IMG/VR virus record: IMGVR_UViG_3300007541_000186
Coordinates: 1 to 25,669 of that record
DNA length: 25,669 nucleotides
Source of the DNA: a virus
Lineage: Duplodnaviria > Caudoviricetes
Direction: 5' to 3' (one strand)
Positions 23,962 through 25,669 of this stretch are shown here, in pieces. A program made the translations under genes and the position numbers. Within the stretch, counting starts at the first letter, position 1. Each line of letters opens with the position of its first letter. The notes beneath the pieces were generated by a model. That model was not told the DNA's origin. It was given only the letters and a program-made list of their open reading frames with translations, and did not search any database.

Positions 23962-25669
23962 GCAACGGTATCAAGGTTAAAAAGCGTGACGGTTCTCTGG
24001 AGCCACTGAACCTGGACAAAATTCATCGCATGGTGGAAGAAGCATGTGCAAATCTTGCAGGTGTTTCTGCTTCTCAAGTAGAGATGAATTCTGGTATTCA
24101 ATTTTTTGATGGCATCACAACAGAAGAAATCCAGGAGATTCTTGTTCGCTCAGCAAGTGATCTCATTTCTCTAGACAATCCAAACTATCAATTCGTAGCA
24201 GCACGTCTGCTTCTTTTTGCTCTTCGTAAGCAAGTATTCAATAAGAATGTTTGGAAAGATGGTATGCCTTCTATCTTTGATGTTGCTGCCTACAATGCAA
24301 CAATCCTGAAGGTATATGATGAAGAGATTCTTGACAAGTATAGTGACGAAGAATGGATCAAGATTAATAGTTGGATTGATCATGGTCGTGACTATCTATT
24401 CTCTTATGCGGGTTTACGTCAAGTTGTTGACAAATACCTCGTGCAAGATAGAAGTTCTGGAGAAGTTTTTGAAACCCCACAATATATGTACATGATGATT
24501 GCGATGACTCTCTTTGCTGAGTATCCTTTATCAACTCGTTTAGATTATGTTCGCAGGTATTACAATGCAATCTCAAAGCACAAAATCAACATCCCAACCC
24601 CCATCATGGCGGGAGTTAGAACAACTCTCAGGCAATTTGCAAGCTGTGTTCTTATTGATTCTGATGACACCCTCAACAGCATCTTTAGCAGTGATATGGC
24701 TATTGGTCGTTATGTTGCTCAACGTGCAGGAATCGGTATTAACGCAGGTAGAATCCGTGGTCTCAACAGTAAAATTAGAGGCGGAGAGGTTGCCCATACT
24801 GGCGTTATACCATTCCTCAAAAAATTTGAGGCAACTGTCCGATGCTGCACTCAAAATGGCATCCGAGGTGGATCTGCTACGGTCCACTTTCCAATCTGGC
24901 ATCAAGAAATAGAGGACATTATTGTTCTTAAGAACAACAAAGGAACGGAGGACAACCGTGTACGCAAACTCGATTATTCCATTCAGATCTCAAAAATCTT
25001 CTACGAAAGATTCATCACTAACGATGATATCACCCTATTCTCTCCACATGATGTCCCTGGGTTGTATGATTCTTTCGGGACTCCTGAGTTTGATGATTTG
25101 TATACCACTTACGAATCAGATCCTTCAATTCCCAAGAAGCGAATCGGCGCTCAGGAATTGATTCTTGATCTGTTGAAGGAACGTGCAGAAACTGGGCGTA
25201 TTTACATCATGAATATTGACCACTGTAACTCACACTCTTCCTTCAAAGATAAAGTAAACATGAGTAATCTTTGTCAGGAGATCACTCTACCCACAGATCC
25301 TCTTCATCATATTGATGGCGAAGGTGAGATTGCCCTCTGCATTCTTTCTGCTATCAACGTTGGTAAGTTGAAGAACCTTGATGATCTGGAGGAGCTTTGT
25401 GATCTTGCTGTTCGTGGTTTGGAAGAACTGATTGATTATCAGAACTATCCTATCAACGCAGCAGAAGTGAGCACCAAGAACCGTCGTTCTCTTGGAATTG
25501 GTTATATCGGTCTAGCACATTACTTAGCACGTCAAGGAGAACATTACGATGACCCAAGAGCATGGAGACTCGTCCACGAACTTACTGAAGCTTTCCAGTT
25601 CTATCTGCTCAAGTCAAGCAACGAGCTTGCCAAAGAGAAAGGGAAGTGTGGTTATTTCGATCGAACGAA
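23958..25669 (+). CDS. nrdA: Class Ia ribonucleotide reductase alpha subunit, 3'-truncated (absent from the track because there is no stop in the window)
   Basis: ATG 23958: MSNGIKVKKRDGSLEPLNLDKI (ATP cone). Later in the same frame: PTPIMAGVRT, QFASCVL, TQNGIRGGSAT and the catalytic SNLCQEI. Confidence 0.96.
   Translation, partial: MSNGIKVKKRDGSLEPLNLDKIHRMVEEACANLAGVSASQVEMNSGIQFFDGITTEEIQEILVRSASDLISLDNPNYQFVAARLLLFALRKQVFNKNVWKDGMPSIFDVAAYNATILKVYDEEILDKYSDEEWIKINSWIDHGRDYLFSYAGLRQVVDKYLVQDRSSGEVFETPQYMYMMIAMTLFAEYPLSTRLDYVRRYYNAISKHKINIPTPIMAGVRTTLRQFASCVLIDSDDTLNSIFSSDMAIGRYVAQRAGIGINAGRIRGLNSKIRGGEVAHTGVIPFLKKFEATVRCCTQNGIRGGSATVHFPIWHQEIEDIIVLKNNKGTEDNRVRKLDYSIQISKIFYERFITNDDITLFSPHDVPGLYDSFGTPEFDDLYTTYESDPSIPKKRIGAQELILDLLKERAETGRIYIMNIDHCNSHSSFKDKVNMSNLCQEITLPTDPLHHIDGEGEIALCILSAINVGKLKNLDDLEELCDLAVRGLEELIDYQNYPINAAEVSTKNRRSLGIGYIGLAHYLARQGEHYDDPRAWRLVHELTEAFQFYLLKSSNELAKEKGKCGYFDRT

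Noticed and set aside
1591-25161. Numerous minus-strand and alternate-frame ORFs in the track (for example 1890..2339, 5508..6026, 7080..7598, 15938..16531, 24547..24912)
   Set aside because: They lie wholly inside well-supported + strand core genes, lack recognisable motifs, and are typical shadow ORFs.
1-25669. CRISPR array, rRNA, transposase, integrase or reverse transcriptase
   Set aside because: No repeat-spacer periodicity or corresponding protein motifs seen anywhere in the window.

Overview
This window is the DNA replication/recombination core of a T4-like cyanomyovirus (cyanophage). All supported genes lie on the + strand, in this order: uvsW (5'-truncated), an Sm-like gene, gp55, gp47, a hypothetical, gp46, a HEXXH-peptidase/VWA gene split by a 1-nt frameshift, a MoxR/CobS-like AAA+ ATPase, small hypotheticals, gp45, gp44, an inserted PD-(D/E)XK nuclease-like ORF, gp62, regA, hsp20, three tandem Sm-like genes, gp43, uvsX, gp41, mazG, tRNA-Ser(TGA), tRNA-Ala(TGC), a late-promoter-driven block of probable virion proteins, gp61 and nrdA (3'-truncated). 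Several small ORFs below the track cutoff were read by hand. The most interesting signals are: (1) a complete dnaX-style -1 ribosomal frameshift cassette at the end of a modular late protein; (2) a ROSE-like RNA thermometer on the hsp20 leader; (3) back-to-back sigma70 promoters upstream of gp55, one firing antisense into an AT-rich tract (candidate R-loop origin or antisense RNA); (4) a four-member Sm-like paralogue family; (5) a shared palindrome+TATACT promoter architecture on the VWA/AAA+ pair. All family calls come from recognising motifs and gene order by eye; no database search or folding computation was run.
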